64,000 bases of DNA from Nitrospirales bacterium (GTDB taxonomy: Bacteria > Nitrospirota > Nitrospiria > Nitrospirales > UBA8639): contig CBDBCZ010000017.1 of assembly GCA_965203295.1 (NCBI GenBank), positions 320,001 to 384,000 on the forward strand, read 5' to 3'. The notes beneath the pieces were generated by a model that was not told the DNA's origin, searched no databases, and worked only from the letters and a program-made list of their open reading frames with translations. How positions within the stretch are numbered: position 1 is the stretch's first letter; every line of letters begins with the position of its first letter. The position numbers and the translations under genes are program-made. Below are positions 61,812-64,000 of this stretch, piece after piece.

Positions 61812-62279
61812 ATCGAAGCACAGACACGCAATAAGTGCATTCATACGTAACTATATATATAGTGCACATGCATACGTATTATGTTTTTGTACACTACATC
61901 TATGACTAGTTTAGTATTTGTTTAACTATATTGTGATGATGTTGACTGTACTTTGATTAGTGATTGTTGGTAATATGACCAATTCACTGGACCACTACAG
62001 AGCTAGGTCAAATTTCCTGCTTTCAGCACCATTTATGATATTGTGTAATATGCCATGCTCTAGTAAAAATATCAAGCTCAAAGAAAAGATGCGCATAGTA
62101 CGTAGCATGCATACGTTAGTAATTATTAACATCAACCTTTGACATGTATATACACTCAAGGCATAGAGATAACACACACAAGAACTGCATTGTGGGATAC
62201 AGTATATATGATCAACACTCACATGAATTGTGCACACTTGTAGACCCCACACAGAAGTGCGTATAAGTTGAAGGATATT

Positions 62280-63663
62280 TCAAAAAAAGAGACCTTTTTG
62301 TTTTTTAAGATATCGTGATGGCAGGTTTCTTCCCCTGGGGCCACGCGGCCTCCTGAACCCCGTCGTCAAGAGCTGTAGTCCGGCTTTTCTGGCAGGCTGT
62401 ATGTATAAAAACAAACAGTTTTTTTTTACAGATAAACAACAAAACAGCTGCATACTCTCAGTATGCATAACCATTTCATTATTCAAACCAGACTAAAATG
62501 AAAGCTGTGACAAGCGTTACTATACATAGCGATGGTAGTGTAATTTGTATTAGGCTAGGCAACGTGTACATGCACTTTGCACAATATCTTTGTCACTTAT
62601 AAGTCACATTATTAAAAGTTTTTAAAGTCCTCACATACTAAATTAGGTAAGCATGACAAGCCAGTTATCTAGACTATCTGCATTGCCTTGGTTCCTGCAA
62701 TCCCTACTACGGCATTGCCTTGGTTCCTTCAATCCCTACTACGGCATTGCCTTGTTTCCTGCAATCCCTACTACGGCATTGCCTTGGTTCCTTCAATCCC
62801 TACTACGGCATTGCCTTGTTTCCTGCAATCCCTACTACGGCATTACCTTGGTTCCTTCAATCCCTACTACGGCATTACCTTGGTTCCTTCAATCCCTACT
62901 ACGGCATTACCTTGGTTCCTTCAATCCCTACTAGGCATTGCCTTGGTTCCTTCAATCCCTACTACGGCATTACCTTGGTTCCTTCAATCCCTACTACGGC
63001 ATTACCTTGGTTCCTTCAATCCCTACTACGGCATTGCCTTGGTTCCTTCAATCCCTACTACGGCATTGCCTCGGTTCCTTCAACCCCTACTACGGCATTG
63101 CCTCGGTTCCTTCAATCCCTACTACGGCATTGCCTTGGTTCCTTCAATCCCTACTACGGCATTGCCTCGGTTCCTTCAATCCCTACTACGGCATTGCCTT
63201 GGTTCCTTCAATCCCTACTACGGCGTTGCCTTGGTTCCTTCAATCCCTACTACGGCATTGCCTCGGTTCCTTCAATTTCCTACTAGGCATTGCCTTGTTT
63301 CCTTCAATCCTTATTACGGTTACTTACTTCCTCAAAAGAGCAGGGAAGCTCCTGTGCAATCCTGAGTGTTTCCCCCATTGTGTGGCCAGGCTCGTGTTCC
63401 AAAGGCTTTCTCAGGTTCGGCTTGGGGGCAATGGGGGGAGGCCGTCTCTTGGTGGTGGGAGTATGAGCAACTGGTTTCACTGCAGCACTTGTAGTAGCTG
63501 GTTTCACTGCAGCACTTGCAGTAGCAGTACTGCACGAGGAGAGGAAAATATCATTGGGGTGGGAAAGACAAGCAATAATATATGTAGATACATGCAGGTT
63601 GGAGGTATATGTCTCCCCCAGAATATGACTTCTTGGTGGTTTCCGGCCCCTACAGGTTTGCTT
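62280..63663 (-). CDS. 3' exons of a proline-rich protein (gene extends beyond the window), ending in a CPI-like motif
   Basis: Exon ~63663 (or 63529)-63328 (KRRPPPIAPKPNLRKP...SFEE, donor gtaagt) splices in phase 0 to 62396-62280 (PARKAGLQLLTTGFRRPRGPRGRNLPSRYLKK...). Confidence 0.6.
62681..63320. repeat. 32-bp tandem repeat, ~20 copies (cattgccttggttccttcaatccctactacgg)
   Basis: Directly visible. It is intronic and abuts the donor at 63327. Confidence 0.96.
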
Positions 63664-64000
63664 CTAGATGGTGAGTAAAGCAAGGATCATACTTGTATAT
63701 CATGATGATATGATAATGCATTAATGTGTCAGGATTGTACATTTATAGCAGCTTGCATGGTCCCACACTGTATAAATCCTGGAATGGTTGCTGATAGGGT
63801 TAATTAATTACGTGAAATTTCAGGGCTCTCTCATCACTTATATCTTTGCAAGATACGTAAGTCTTAGCAAGAGCTCCTATGAGCCATTCTTCGGCTCCTG
63901 CTCCCAGACAGTCATTTATATCTTGTTCATTGATTTAGGATAGTTATTATACTACGAAATCACTAACTATAGGTTTTCAAGATTCAAATTAGGAAGACCA

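Noticed and set aside
62653..63678. Long repetitive plus-strand ORFs (188-246 aa)
   Set aside because: They are artefacts of the 32-bp tandem repeat in an intron of a minus-strand gene.

Overview
Intron-rich animal genomic DNA. It is most consistent with a sponge or other early-branching metazoan; this is inferred from gene and repeat style, not proven. From left to right: (1) the 3' part of a large multi-exon RCC1-repeat gene, claret/GLO-4-like (415-18571, +), with a nested antisense Cys-rich ORF and a Penelope-like remnant in its introns; (2) a ~22 kb Bcl-2-family cluster (20115-41975) with four intact Bak-like genes (B, C, D, E), one intronless pro-survival-type Bcl-2-like gene (F), a frameshifted Bak-like pseudogene (A), an internally deleted BH3+BH2 'mini-Bak' ORF and two further relics, including two head-to-head pairs (B/C and E/F); (3) a 16-exon SH3-BCH(Sec14-like)-RhoGAP gene (-), whose introns hold interstitial (TTAGGG)n, duplicated splice sites and a Penelope-type element with a minimal hammerhead ribozyme; (4) an intronless TKL-type kinase with a coiled-coil tail (+); (5) the 3' end of a proline-rich gene (-). 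MITEs, minisatellites and (CA)n tracts are abundant. All exon models were built by hand from GT-AG sites, phase continuity and paralog alignment; no database search was run.
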